This document shows, piece after piece, positions 18,381 through 27,383 of a stretch of DNA of 51,128 nt. The position numbers were made by a program, and so were the translations under genes. The stretch is from NCBI GenBank assembly GCA_903913145.1, contig CAIWKC010000144.1, positions 1 to 51,128 of the forward strand, in the 5' to 3' direction. How positions within the stretch are numbered: the first letter of the stretch is position 1; each line of letters begins with the position of its first letter. Source of the DNA: an uncultured Gallionellaceae bacterium (GTDB lineage Bacteria > Pseudomonadota > Gammaproteobacteria > Burkholderiales > Gallionellaceae). A model generated the notes under the pieces. It was given only the letters and a program-made list of their open reading frames with translations, was not told where the DNA came from and searched no databases.

Positions 18381-19559
18381 CTATACGTGTTCCAGCATTT
18401 CCGGAACAACTGTTGTGGATGCGACTTGTCCATACTTTTTGTGGTACGTCATCACTTCAATTTGTCTTTCTGATATCCATCCACCACGAGCGGCGTAGGC
18501 ATCTCTTGCGGCGATTGTTGAGTGCTGCTGCACCTTCATGCCTGAGTGTTCTTTTTCGTCAACGTGATGCCTGTGACCGACGTGACAATAACGTTTTGAT
18601 GTGGTACCCCACTCTGTTGGGAACATTGCCGCAAACAGCAGTGGCAAATCGTCATTCTTTTTTAGATGTCCATGGTGAAAACATAGCATTGTTTTACCGT
18701 GTTGATGAACCACATAAGGCTTTTCAGAATCGATCAATGTCACTCTGGGTTCGTTCTCATATAGCAGAGAAAATAAATGTCTCAACCATACAGATGAAGC
18801 GGTATCATGGTTGCCTTCCAGCATAATCACAACAACATGCTCATGCCTGGTCAGTGCTTTATTTATGATGTAACGCAGAATCCTCACAGCCACTTTAACC
18901 ATTTTCCCAAATCTTGAATCCGCATCTAAAGGATGTTGATTCGTCGGAGTCACGGCAGTGAGCGAGTCGTAATGTAACCAATCACCCATTTGGTTAATGA
19001 TTGCGGTTTTAGCCGGTGGTGTTGCTTCGATCAAATAATCAAAAGCACCTACCAAGGTTTCCTCGGCAATTCTTAAATCCCAATCCTCACCTGTCTCCAA
19101 ATGGAAACTCTTCATCCCTACGTGACAATCAGTCAGTGTGTACAGATTACATAAATCATCAGAGATATGATTGGGTTTGGTGATTGGTGCAACTGGAACA
19201 ATCCCATGTGTCAATTCTTCAATCGCCGATTTAAGAGCTTGATCGAGCAATTTGTCTGAAAGCTTCGTCTTAACCCACTGCAACTGCGGCACTCCGTCCT
19301 TGTACAGAGTTGAAGTCCCTCTCAGTACCATCGGACTCGGGACCACATGATTCATATCATGCTCGGGACTCCAGCCATGGGCAACCTGAATTGCTTCTGT
19401 CGGGGTGGACATGCCGCGCATTTTTGCGGTATTAAGACGACTATAAAATGTATTTTCCCGTAGACCTAAAGCAATGGCTGCAAGTTTTTTACTGCCGTGT
19501 TTTTCAAATGCGTCCAGTGCCTGCCGTGCCAGTTCATCACTTAACGGAGGTGTAGCCAT
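18381..19559 (-). CDS. Calcineurin-like metallophosphoesterase with N-terminal helical (HTH-like) domain
   Basis: The start MATPPLS overlaps the upstream stop (TAATG). The full motif set is present: TDCH (DxH), GDWLHYD (GDxxD-like), EGNHD (GNHD), FHHGH and VGHRHH (GHxH). Confidence 0.8.
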   Translation of the reverse strand: MATPPLSDELARQALDAFEKHGSKKLAAIALGLRENTFYSRLNTAKMRGMSTPTEAIQVAHGWSPEHDMNHVVPSPMVLRGTSTLYKDGVPQLQWVKTKLSDKLLDQALKSAIEELTHGIVPVAPITKPNHISDDLCNLYTLTDCHVGMKSFHLETGEDWDLRIAEETLVGAFDYLIEATPPAKTAIINQMGDWLHYDSLTAVTPTNQHPLDADSRFGKMVKVAVRILRYIINKALTRHEHVVVIMLEGNHDTASSVWLRHLFSLLYENEPRVTLIDSEKPYVVHQHGKTMLCFHHGHLKKNDDLPLLFAAMFPTEWGTTSKRYCHVGHRHHVDEKEHSGMKVQQHSTIAARDAYAARGGWISERQIEVMTYHKKYGQVASTTVVPEMLEHV

Positions 19560-19768
19560 TATGAGTGCATCCTCTCGATATGATAAACACACGGAGGATC
19601 ACGCTCCAATACTACCGCTCCCCTCGTTGAATAATCATCCCCGTTCACGTCCTGTAAAATAACAGGCGGTAAACAGTAGCAGATTAATTGTTTCTCCTCG
19701 ATTAAGGTCCTAGCGCAATTCCCACAACACGGTTGTAAATCGATACTGACCTTCTTCTTTGTAGCCAT
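19559..19768 (-). CDS. Small Cys-rich protein (69 aa)
   Basis: ORF containing CCGNC ... CYC ... C, coupled to the downstream gene. Confidence 0.6.
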   Translation of the reverse strand: MATKKKVSIDLQPCCGNCARTLIEEKQLICYCLPPVILQDVNGDDYSTRGAVVLERDPPCVYHIERMHS

Positions 19769-19777
19769 GAGTACTCC

Positions 19778-20269
19778 TCATTTGGTACATACTGTGTTCA
19801 CCCAGTTTTGCAGGTAGCGAAGTTGTAAAGCCGTGTCTAGTGCATCTTGGTAGAAAGTTGTAGTGACAACTCGTGATCCAATGGTGAAGGTTTCATCAGA
19901 TTTTCCGGAGCGTCCGGAGGCTTCGGACACTCCACTTTGGCTATGGAATCCATCTGCCACTGGCACACTTGGCTTCCGTGGCACATCTGAAACGTTTGGC
20001 TTGAGCAGGCGCTGGTTAAGATCAGCAAGCTGAGAATCGTAGTTCTGTGCAAGCAGGATCGTATTCGTAGCATGTTCATTTTCAACCTCCGTTTTATGTT
20101 TCTCATTGGCAATGGCTTGTGCTTTAACGTTTTCATGGATCGAGTCAATTACCTTTTGTTGTTTGTCAAATGCCCGGTTGTAACCCCAGTCTTCAATTTC
20201 ATAAATCCCAAATCCCAGCAGGATCAGAACCAACACTCCCGCAAAAATTCTCCAGTAGGTTTCTACCAT
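19778..20269 (-). CDS. i-spanin (Rz-like); start uncertain (20269 or 20296)
   Basis: An N-terminal transmembrane segment (YWRIFAGVLVLILLGFGIY) is followed by a charged coiled-coil periplasmic region. It contains an embedded lipoprotein ORF in another frame and lies downstream of the endolysin and holin-like genes. Confidence 0.75.
   Translation of the reverse strand: MVETYWRIFAGVLVLILLGFGIYEIEDWGYNRAFDKQQKVIDSIHENVKAQAIANEKHKTEVENEHATNTILLAQNYDSQLADLNQRLLKPNVSDVPRKPSVPVADGFHSQSGVSEASGRSGKSDETFTIGSRVVTTTFYQDALDTALQLRYLQNWVNTVCTK
19837..20079 (-). CDS. o-spanin (Rz1-like lipoprotein) embedded out of frame in the i-spanin gene
   Basis: GGAGG lies 6 nt upstream of the ATG at 20079. The signal peptide MNMLRIRSCLHRTTILSLLILTSAC ends in a lipobox Cys, and the mature part is short and Pro-containing. 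Confidence 0.75.
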   Translation of the reverse strand: MNMLRIRSCLHRTTILSLLILTSACSSQTFQMCHGSQVCQWQMDSIAKVECPKPPDAPENLMKPSPLDHELSLQLSTKMH

Positions 20270-20279
20270 TTGAATAAAC

Positions 20280-20495
20280 TCATTGAGGATCAGCATTTTT
20301 TTGATCTGTGTAAGATTTAATCGCCAGGGATGCAACGATTGCCGCAATTCCGACTGCGAAATTTTGATACTCAACCGATCCCTTGTAGATAAATTCTCCG
20401 ACCATTGCTAGACCACTGATAAACACTAAAGTCTTGCTCATCGAAAATGTTTTATTGTCTGCACTTGTAAAAATATCTGTTAAATATTTCACCAT
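20280..20495 (-). CDS. Holin-like small membrane protein (71 aa, two hydrophobic segments)
   Basis: GGAGAGGA SD lies upstream of the ATG at 20495. Transmembrane candidates are TLVFISGLAMVGEFIY and FAVGIAAIVASLAI, and the C-terminus is charged. Confidence 0.65.
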   Translation of the reverse strand: MVKYLTDIFTSADNKTFSMSKTLVFISGLAMVGEFIYKGSVEYQNFAVGIAAIVASLAIKSYTDQKNADPQ

Positions 20496-20564
20496 TTGTT
20501 CCTCTCCTCGTTCAATACAACCGTCAGCAACAAGCCAACGATTGACCAAAAAATAATCCAGTTC

Positions 20565-20768
20565 TCACTCATCGCTCATGTCCAGTATTTGTTTTTCAGC
20601 ATGTTTAAGCATCAATAAAACTGTTTCAAGCGTTAAGCCGTTGCTATTTAGGTAATGGCAGTTATCCTTGCTGTAACCAACTACAACAACATTTTCCAGC
20701 TCCCCAATCGCCTGATTAAGAGTTGAATCAGCGGTAATTCCTTCGCGCTTGAATTCAAGAACTTTCAT
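20565..20768 (-). CDS. Hypothetical protein (67 aa)
   Basis: The start overlaps the endolysin stop (ATGA). Confidence 0.6.
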   Translation of the reverse strand: MKVLEFKREGITADSTLNQAIGELENVVVVGYSKDNCHYLNSNGLTLETVLLMLKHAEKQILDMSDE

Positions 20769-21217
20769 ATCTCACCCATGAATAATTTGCGCTCTGCTTC
20801 GCGTCTATTGAGTAAACCTTGTGAAACCTCACCGTTACAGTGGCACCATTTCTTAAACTCTAATGAAGCGGCTGCAAAATTCCCCTCGTTGACCAATTTC
20901 AATAGGGTCGAGTTTTTGAGATTCTGCGATCCACAGTTGTAGGCGAAATCGACGAGGGCATCGAATTGGTTTTGGTTGATGTCTGCCGTGACACAGTGGT
21001 TGACTGCCGGGACGTAGTCGTATTGGAGCGTTGCGAATAGAATATTTTCTGCAGCAGGTTCGCTAATATCTCCATCACTAAGGCCCACAGGAGCACCATT
21101 AGCATAATGAGTAGACCCAAAACCAAGAGTAGGAACGCCAGCAATGCATAAATAAGGGTGGCTCCGAAATCCTTCAAACGTTTTAATAAGGTTGATACAC
21201 TTTTGGCTAACATTCAT
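20765..21217 (-). CDS. GH24 (T4/P22-type) lysozyme endolysin
   Basis: The sequence LIKTFEGFRSHPYLCIAGVPTLGFG carries the E-x8-C-x5-T variant of the E-x8-D/C-x5-T catalytic triad. There is no N-terminal SAR or transmembrane segment. Confidence 0.9.
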   Translation of the reverse strand: MNVSQKCINLIKTFEGFRSHPYLCIAGVPTLGFGSTHYANGAPVGLSDGDISEPAAENILFATLQYDYVPAVNHCVTADINQNQFDALVDFAYNCGSQNLKNSTLLKLVNEGNFAAASLEFKKWCHCNGEVSQGLLNRREAERKLFMGEI

Positions 21218-21353
21218 TTCTTCCCCCTAGGGATACCATAGATATTGGATCATCAAAAGAAGTGCCAGCACCCACGACACTAATCCGTGCGCGAGTATCC
21301 AATCCGTCTCGTCCTGCTTCAAATGTTTTGGATGTCTCATCATTATGGGTCAT
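21207..21353 (-). CDS. Possible small ORF (48 aa) between the membrane-protein gene and the endolysin
   Basis: It fills a 125-nt gap and overlaps both neighbours by 11 nt, but the ribosome-binding site is weak. Confidence 0.3.
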   Translation of the reverse strand: MTHNDETSKTFEAGRDGLDTRARISVVGAGTSFDDPISMVSLGGRNEC

Positions 21354-21525
21354 CTGATTTATCTTTCCAAAGATACAGCGAACCAGCAAATGTAATCAGT
21401 AGAGCAAATAAACAAATCGCTGTGGACAGATACCAATCCATGCAGCGGGTCGATGCAAGCGACATACCCATGAGCCACAGATAAATCATGATGAAGACGT
21501 AAATCGGCGTCCAATGTTTTTTCAT
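21343..21525 (-). CDS. Small two-TM membrane protein (60 aa), holin/antiholin candidate
   Basis: The ATG at 21525 follows the upstream stop after a 1-nt gap, with AGGGA 5 nt upstream. The sequence is MKKHWTPIYVFIMIYLWLMG ... AICLFALLITFAGSLYLW, with a charged C-terminus. Confidence 0.7.
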   Translation of the reverse strand: MKKHWTPIYVFIMIYLWLMGMSLASTRCMDWYLSTAICLFALLITFAGSLYLWKDKSDDP

Positions 21526-21526
21526 T

Positions 21527-21898
21527 TCAATCCCTATGCTCTCGTCTGCGCTCAACTGCTGAATCCAGTTGGCTGGTGTGATGCTGAATATCTTTCTCGG
21601 CCATCACAATCCGCATTTCAATTCTGTTTATTTCTGATGTCATTTCGGTTTTAATTTCCATTACAACGTCAGTTAACTTGGTGAGCGTGACACCCATCTT
21701 TTCAACTTGAACCGCAATGTTATTGATTGCCACACTTCCAGAAGTGGAGACTTCCTTGATGGATTTTTCAGTAGATTCTTTCAGATTATTTCCAATGAAC
21801 AAGATTGCTCGTATAAATCCGAATGCAGTTGCAATAAATATCAGTTGCATGATGTCGGAGAAAGTTGCACCTTTATACCAAGCGAGTAAGTCAAACAT
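21527..21898 (-). CDS. Membrane-anchored coiled-coil protein (123 aa)
   Basis: An N-terminal hydrophobic segment (IMQLIFIATAFGFIRAILFI) is followed by heptad-like charged sequence. Confidence 0.7.
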   Translation of the reverse strand: MFDLLAWYKGATFSDIMQLIFIATAFGFIRAILFIGNNLKESTEKSIKEVSTSGSVAINNIAVQVEKMGVTLTKLTDVVMEIKTEMTSEINRIEMRIVMAEKDIQHHTSQLDSAVERRREHRD

Positions 21899-21900
21899 TT

Positions 21901-22413
21901 TTATGTACCGTATTTATAAAATCGTATCGGAGCCATTTGATAGCTTCCAAAGGTAGGATGATTTACATCGTGAATCTGCCAGCCTGCTTCGTGAATGATT
22001 GCAGTAGAGCTGATATGCCAGATTATTTTGAGTTGGAATACACCATTGGAAGCAACCAGCAAATAGAATCCTGATATGCCCTGAGTGTCGCTGATTAAAC
22101 GATTACCTAAAGTGACAGGATTAAATCCTTTAGCCCCAAAGGGTGAATAGCAACCACCATAAAATGGATTTCTACGAATGAATGTATAAGCGAGTTTGTA
22201 ATCCGACCAATCGGGATGATCTAATTTCCACAATGTATCTATGCAACCGTAAGCAGTATCTACAGGCTGAAACCATTTCAACCACCAAGGAAGATTGCCT
22301 TGTTTGTCCATTGCGAGACAGATTATCGGAGCGAATAGAATGCACGTAATTACCCCGATTAGAACGAATGGGAAGTAGATTAGATAGCGGAGGAGTTGGA
22401 GGAGTATCATCAT
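21901..22413 (-). CDS. Hypothetical membrane protein (170 aa)
   Basis: The N-terminal transmembrane region is LIYFPFVLIGVITCILFAPIICLA. The start overlaps the tail-fibre stop (ATGA). Confidence 0.7.
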   Translation of the reverse strand: MMILLQLLRYLIYFPFVLIGVITCILFAPIICLAMDKQGNLPWWLKWFQPVDTAYGCIDTLWKLDHPDWSDYKLAYTFIRRNPFYGGCYSPFGAKGFNPVTLGNRLISDTQGISGFYLLVASNGVFQLKIIWHISSTAIIHEAGWQIHDVNHPTFGSYQMAPIRFYKYGT

Positions 22414-23807
22414 GCTCTCGCTATTAGTGACGCTTGGAAATATGTATTATTTATACCTATTGCAGAATTAATAGATGCGCCTGAACTGTGATAAATTTCA
22501 AATGTTATATAATCAGTTCCTGCCACTAAATATACTTGTGCTGAAACTGATGCACATATTTGAGCAGTCGCTGCAATTGAGTTTGCTCCGTCTTTAAACC
22601 TGCTTCCTGTTTTATAAATTGACGCAGTAAGTTGAGTCGCGCCCGTAGCAATTGAAGCCGCGCAATTAACTTGATAATAACCTGTTACAGTCGGCATGAA
22701 TGAATATGCTGGAACTGTATACCCATTAAGAGTAGCGGGAGAAGCTGTGTTATTAAAAGCTGTTACCGTATCCCACTCTTTAGTCTGCAATTGAATAATA
22801 CTAAAAGCGTTACTTGCTAAAGCTTGCAAAGCACTTTGATACGCACTAAACATCGGCACAGTAGCCGAAGAGATTTGACTTAATCTAACCGCATGCCCCG
22901 CCAAAGTTGCCGCTGCTACATTAAATACCTGTGTCGAAGAACCTGCCAGTTGCGCAAACTGAGGTGACATTAATTCCCAAGTTGTGTTGGGCAGGTCATA
23001 AGACAACACAGCGACACCTTGCACGTCTCCAATCGCAACAGCAATGTAAGCACCGTTAACGAATTTCATAATTGGGTGAGCTGTCTGCAATACCCCACCA
23101 AGAGTGGGACGGAATGTTGGGCTAGTAGTTGTGTTGGGAACGGCCACGCCAATTTGCACGGTATAACCATCCGTTAACGTTGATGGTAAATTGGAAAATG
23201 ACGCTGTAAAAACATCTGCACTATTGGTTGATTCCGCATAAATTCCCGTCAATAAAGATGCCGCCGTAGACGCCGAAGCTGCCGCATTTAGTTCTGATGT
23301 GTGTGCATTACCATAGGAGGTGGCAGCCATCCCTGCCCACGTATTGGCAGCGGTGGCATAACTTTGTGCAACCGCGACGCTAGAGGAAAGCGAACCAAAA
23401 GGGAATATCTGGAAATTCGCTGATCCGTCATATCTGACAGTGATGATCTGTCCTGCTGTAATATCATTTGCATTTAACGCAGTCCCATCAGGACGCACAA
23501 TCGGATAGGTAGACCATCCCGCAATTTGTAACACAGATGCACCGGTATTAGTATTTGCCGCTTTGAAAACTACTTCCATTCCAGCCACAAGTCCAAATGG
23601 GAAGCCGCTAGGAAGAGTCACCAAATACGTATTGGCCGTACCCGTATCCGCAGAATAATTCTCGGTTGAGGTATAGAGTTGTTTCTGTGAAGGGAGTGCG
23701 TTAAATCCCGCTTGAACAAGATCGAATTCGGCACGAACTGCGGTAGACGAACCTCTGGATTGGGCGACTGGAACACCGTCTGTGTGATTGTAGAAATCGT
23801 TTGCCAT
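22410..23807 (-). CDS. Tail fibre protein
   Basis: The N-terminus MANDFYNHTDGVPVAQSRGSSTAVRAEFDLVQAGFNALP is a common podovirus fibre anchor pattern. The remainder is A/T/S/G-rich. Confidence 0.75.
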   Translation of the reverse strand: MANDFYNHTDGVPVAQSRGSSTAVRAEFDLVQAGFNALPSQKQLYTSTENYSADTGTANTYLVTLPSGFPFGLVAGMEVVFKAANTNTGASVLQIAGWSTYPIVRPDGTALNANDITAGQIITVRYDGSANFQIFPFGSLSSSVAVAQSYATAANTWAGMAATSYGNAHTSELNAAASASTAASLLTGIYAESTNSADVFTASFSNLPSTLTDGYTVQIGVAVPNTTTSPTFRPTLGGVLQTAHPIMKFVNGAYIAVAIGDVQGVAVLSYDLPNTTWELMSPQFAQLAGSSTQVFNVAAATLAGHAVRLSQISSATVPMFSAYQSALQALASNAFSIIQLQTKEWDTVTAFNNTASPATLNGYTVPAYSFMPTVTGYYQVNCAASIATGATQLTASIYKTGSRFKDGANSIAATAQICASVSAQVYLVAGTDYITFEIYHSSGASINSAIGINNTYFQASLIARA

Positions 23808-23810
23808 CAA

Positions 23811-26120
23811 TTACCTTTCGATTCGCCGAGGAAAGAATTCCCACGTCACCCCTTGGAGTACATGGCTTCCGTCCTGCGCACGTTGTGAATAAAACATCAG
23901 AGATATATTCTTTTCCGTTCCATCAATTTCTAAACTTGGATTAGTCACCAATTGAGTGTCCCAATTGAATGAGTCCCACGTAAACTGATCCCAATATCCA
24001 CCCTGACCTGAAAGCACTTGATCAATCTGTGGCGCGGGAGGATTGATATTGTTTGTTCCGTATCCCAAGTCATAAGAAATATTGACTTGTGAAAATGACT
24101 CCACAACTAATTCAAGAACACCCCTTTGGAAACGCTTCCTGATCTGAGGTGACCCCATATTATTGAAAGGTAGTCTGACCCACGCTTCAATCGGCAGTCC
24201 GTCTTGAGATGTTCCTACTTGGTCCTGATAGACATATCCCGAGTCCGAACCGAAGTAAGTGACCTCCGCACCGTTGGACATGTTGGCCGTGAAAATAACT
24301 TGGGGAATATTCTGATAGTACAGAGGGAGAAGTGCAGTGACTTTATCTCCTGTCAATCCCACCGCCAAAGCTGAACCATCATTAAAATAAACTCGATACT
24401 GGTTCGTACTTCTTAATGTATTGGAGGCAATTTCTTTGCCCAATTTTCTGGTAATGTAAGGTTGGATCATGTGGCTAACCGATTCATAATCGAAGTCGCC
24501 ATAAGCCAGTGTTGTAATCAGAGATTGAATACCTCTGGCAGTTAAGCCATAAGCATCGTTGGATATTTGTTGCATGGTGTATTGATTGAAGCCTATTTCA
24601 AACACCGAAGGAATTAACGTTCCTGAAGGGAGTACATTTCCGTACAGCATCCATGTGGATTTTCTTGTAAAGACTGCCAGTGCAGGACCGGAAGACGTAC
24701 CACCCTGTGGTAGGAATCCTGTGACAGTATCGTTCACACCAAACTGCCCCGCTCCCGTCACGACAGACCACTGATAGGGATTGGTAATAGAAGAGAATTC
24801 TATCAACGCTCCAAACCCGCCTAGTAAATATCCCTTGTAGCAGATCATTGTCTGTGGAGTATCAGGAGACATTCCTGTTCTGATTTGATAGAAGTTCGTT
24901 CCGTCAAATTCAAAGAATGGATTCACTCCATCACAACCGTACATCTTCGTTCCCCCGGTATATCCGGAGAAGTTATAATTTTGGCAGGTATATTTTCCAC
25001 CCGGACTTCTCACCATGGGAGTATTGGTCCCGTTGGCTTGAGCCACCAACTGACCGCCTACGGTAATCGCTTCTCCCGTGACAAACGTGCCTGTCACAGA
25101 AGTCATCACAAACGTTCCCACAGGCTGAGTCGTCCAAGTCCCTGTCATTAACAGAGCACCCGTAAGCACCGCTGTAGCCAATGAAGAAACGCCGGTGATA
25201 GTCTGACCTATCGAGACTGTTCCTGCGTTGCCATAGAGCGTACAGGTCACTCCTGACCCTGTTGTTGTGGTGGTGATTGCCGCCCCACCCATTGTGGCAG
25301 AAACTTGAAATGTATTCGCTGCCGAAGCAACGACGAAATAAACTGTACCCGCAGTTAAACCACCCGGTACTGTAGTGCCACCAAATGAAACCTGTGTTCC
25401 GTTCGCGGCACCATGGGAGTTAAAAGTAACCACCCCAGGCGCGGCAGCAGTGACTGTAACGTTTCCTGTTCTGGGAACGAACTTCAGTTCAATCGGGAAG
25501 GAAACAAGACTCCATCCGGTTGATGTCGCTTTGTACATTAAGTTGGCTGTACCTGCGGCGTTGTCTCTAAATGCATAAACAACATCGTTGTACATCCACA
25601 CACCACGAACTGGGCCAGAGCCGGGAACAACTTGAATCAATGTTCTGTAATCGTTCGCCGCAAGTAATGCGTAGTCTGCATGATCACTCGGGACTGAAGC
25701 AGCATTCTGTATTGGGATGGCTAGAACCGACTGACCAGCCACCGTGTCAAGTGTCGTAAATCCTGAACCTGCAACTCGACCCAACACCAGATAGTTCGTA
25801 TAACTTTCACCAGTGACGTTGGAAAATATTCCCAGCACAACACCCGTTGTTCCAGAGCTTGATCCGGTGATTGTTCCTCCGACTGTGAATCCAGTCGCGG
25901 TAGAAACAGGGAGTATCCAGTAGGGCTGTGCTGTGGGAGAAGGTCTTCCGTCGTATCTCTCATATCCAGTGATCCTCCTGTAGCCCCCTTGTATGTACGG
26001 TTCGTAGTTCTGTGAATCAATCACTTTACCGGGATCAAGTGAAATCGCCGGGGAGACAAGATCGAGTCCACCCGCAAGTGCGGTGTGAGTCGTCTTGAGT
26101 TGGGGTAATCCTTGTGCCAT
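23811..26120 (-). CDS. Large tail structural protein (769 aa)
   Basis: Long ORF abutting its neighbours, lying between the capsid module and the fibre gene. Confidence 0.75.
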   Translation of the reverse strand: MAQGLPQLKTTHTALAGGLDLVSPAISLDPGKVIDSQNYEPYIQGGYRRITGYERYDGRPSPTAQPYWILPVSTATGFTVGGTITGSSSGTTGVVLGIFSNVTGESYTNYLVLGRVAGSGFTTLDTVAGQSVLAIPIQNAASVPSDHADYALLAANDYRTLIQVVPGSGPVRGVWMYNDVVYAFRDNAAGTANLMYKATSTGWSLVSFPIELKFVPRTGNVTVTAAAPGVVTFNSHGAANGTQVSFGGTTVPGGLTAGTVYFVVASAANTFQVSATMGGAAITTTTTGSGVTCTLYGNAGTVSIGQTITGVSSLATAVLTGALLMTGTWTTQPVGTFVMTSVTGTFVTGEAITVGGQLVAQANGTNTPMVRSPGGKYTCQNYNFSGYTGGTKMYGCDGVNPFFEFDGTNFYQIRTGMSPDTPQTMICYKGYLLGGFGALIEFSSITNPYQWSVVTGAGQFGVNDTVTGFLPQGGTSSGPALAVFTRKSTWMLYGNVLPSGTLIPSVFEIGFNQYTMQQISNDAYGLTARGIQSLITTLAYGDFDYESVSHMIQPYITRKLGKEIASNTLRSTNQYRVYFNDGSALAVGLTGDKVTALLPLYYQNIPQVIFTANMSNGAEVTYFGSDSGYVYQDQVGTSQDGLPIEAWVRLPFNNMGSPQIRKRFQRGVLELVVESFSQVNISYDLGYGTNNINPPAPQIDQVLSGQGGYWDQFTWDSFNWDTQLVTNPSLEIDGTEKNISLMFYSQRAQDGSHVLQGVTWEFFPRRIER

Positions 26121-26846
26121 TTAAGCTAAAGACGGACCAAATGAAATCGCCGGTGACTGATCCACGTAGAGTTTATCCATCAGGCGAATGTATTCAGCCG
26201 TTCCCCTCATGACCGATTCTGCCGCAGACTCATAAGTCCCGTAGTAAACCAGTGCTTTCCACACAACTGCCATGTCGTATTGATGCGGCATTGTTGTGGT
26301 GTCGGCGTCGGTCGAGAATAAAGTAGGTAAGGCATACCCTTCACCGTTGATTGTATAAATATCATCCGGAATGGGACCGAGAAGAAAGTTCTTCTGCGGG
26401 TCAATCGTAAACGCGACCGGCATCTGGGAAGTCGTTCTCATTGTTGCGTATTGGTACAAATCTCTGAACGTGTCGTAATTCAGAAATCCTATTTTTTGTT
26501 CTGATCCATATCCCATCGATACTCTGTACTGACGGAATGAATTCAATTTGTAATTTGCAAACGAAGCAATCCCCGCTTGGGCAGCGGTATAGGATTGTTG
26601 TCCTGCGACGGTGTTAAATGAAACAGGCTGGCGCATGAAGAACCAGTCCTGTTTCTCGTTTTGAATATCCTGCCATGCCGAAGCGATCCAATTAACCAGA
26701 CGCAACGACATTCCTGTCTGACCAATTGTCGTAGCCGGCACTGAGCCAGAAGAACCGCTTTCAATAGCGAGGCGCTGTACCATTTGGAGGAACGTCATTC
26801 CCCCGTTGGTATAATTTGGCTCGTTAAGGAGCGGGACGTTGGCCAT
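26121..26846 (-). CDS. Tail/adaptor structural protein (241 aa)
   Basis: The start overlaps the upstream stop (TAATG). It sits in the structural operon. Confidence 0.7.
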   Translation of the reverse strand: MANVPLLNEPNYTNGGMTFLQMVQRLAIESGSSGSVPATTIGQTGMSLRLVNWIASAWQDIQNEKQDWFFMRQPVSFNTVAGQQSYTAAQAGIASFANYKLNSFRQYRVSMGYGSEQKIGFLNYDTFRDLYQYATMRTTSQMPVAFTIDPQKNFLLGPIPDDIYTINGEGYALPTLFSTDADTTTMPHQYDMAVVWKALVYYGTYESAAESVMRGTAEYIRLMDKLYVDQSPAISFGPSLA

Positions 26847-27301
26847 TAACTACGCTCTGCCAGAATTGCCGACAACCACGCGCGACCTTTTGGATTCTTA
26901 TCCTCAGTCACGGAGAACGGATAAGCCAGTGCAGTACGTGCCTGCATCTCGGAACGATCCAGTTCAATCTGATTGCGTTGCTGGGTGTATTTTGTTTCTT
27001 TGCAACGCGCCAATATCTCGACAAACATACGTCGACATGGAGTAGGAACGTCACGGAAAAAAGTTTGCTTGAACTGGTTGCAGTCCAATACGATATGGGT
27101 GGGTTGATTCTCATCTGTGCTTGCATGAACAATCACTGTAACGATTTCATTCATGAATGCTTCACGTGCCGCCACTTCGCTCAGTGCGTCTTTGAATTCC
27201 GCATTCACAACAGGTTCGATTGACTCGTCCGTGGTAATGGTTGGAATGATAATTTCTGCACCGTTCAACTGCGAAAGTGATTCGTGTTTATCTTTTGCCA
27301 T
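26846..27301 (-). CDS. Hypothetical head-tail region protein (151 aa)
   Basis: It is the first ORF after the terminator at 27316-27350. Confidence 0.7.
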   Translation of the reverse strand: MAKDKHESLSQLNGAEIIIPTITTDESIEPVVNAEFKDALSEVAAREAFMNEIVTVIVHASTDENQPTHIVLDCNQFKQTFFRDVPTPCRRMFVEILARCKETKYTQQRNQIELDRSEMQARTALAYPFSVTEDKNPKGRAWLSAILAERS

Positions 27302-27315
27302 TTGATATTTACCTC

Positions 27316-27350
27316 AATAAAAATGCCCCACCAGTTTCCTGATGAGGCAT
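27316..27350 (-). terminator. Strong Rho-independent terminator (minus-strand specific)
   Basis: The minus-strand RNA forms a 12-bp stem, AUGCCUCAUCAG-GAAA-CUGGUGGGGCAU, with two G-U pairs that would be C-A mismatches on the plus strand. It is followed by UUUUAUU. Confidence 0.8.
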
Positions 27351-27383
27351 AGTTTTGACAGCGGGATTGCTGTCGTTTCTTTA

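Noticed and set aside
18290-18826. A 178-aa plus-strand ORF antisense to the metallophosphoesterase gene, and a 70-aa neighbour.
   Set aside because: The composition is junk-like (C/R/L-rich), there is no RBS, and it overlaps a motif-complete gene on the other strand.
20899-21213. A 104-codon same-strand ORF embedded out of frame in the endolysin gene. It has a strongly hydrophobic stretch (GATLIYALLAFLLLVLGLLIMLMVLLWALVMEILANLL) and a basic S/T-rich tail, resembling an embedded holin as reported for Staphylococcus phage 187.
   Set aside because: In this frame the second codon position is the wobble position of the endolysin frame, which is T-rich here. Hydrophobic residues are therefore an expected by-product. 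The ATG lies 4 nt inside the endolysin with no separate SD. Three better-placed holin candidates already exist. It is worth a topology or expression check only if those fail.
22410-23810. A BPP-1-style diversity-generating retroelement (VR/TR pair plus reverse transcriptase) near the tail fibre.
   Set aside because: No ORF in the window shows reverse-transcriptase motifs. I saw no second copy of the fibre 3-prime end. The downstream gene is a small membrane protein.
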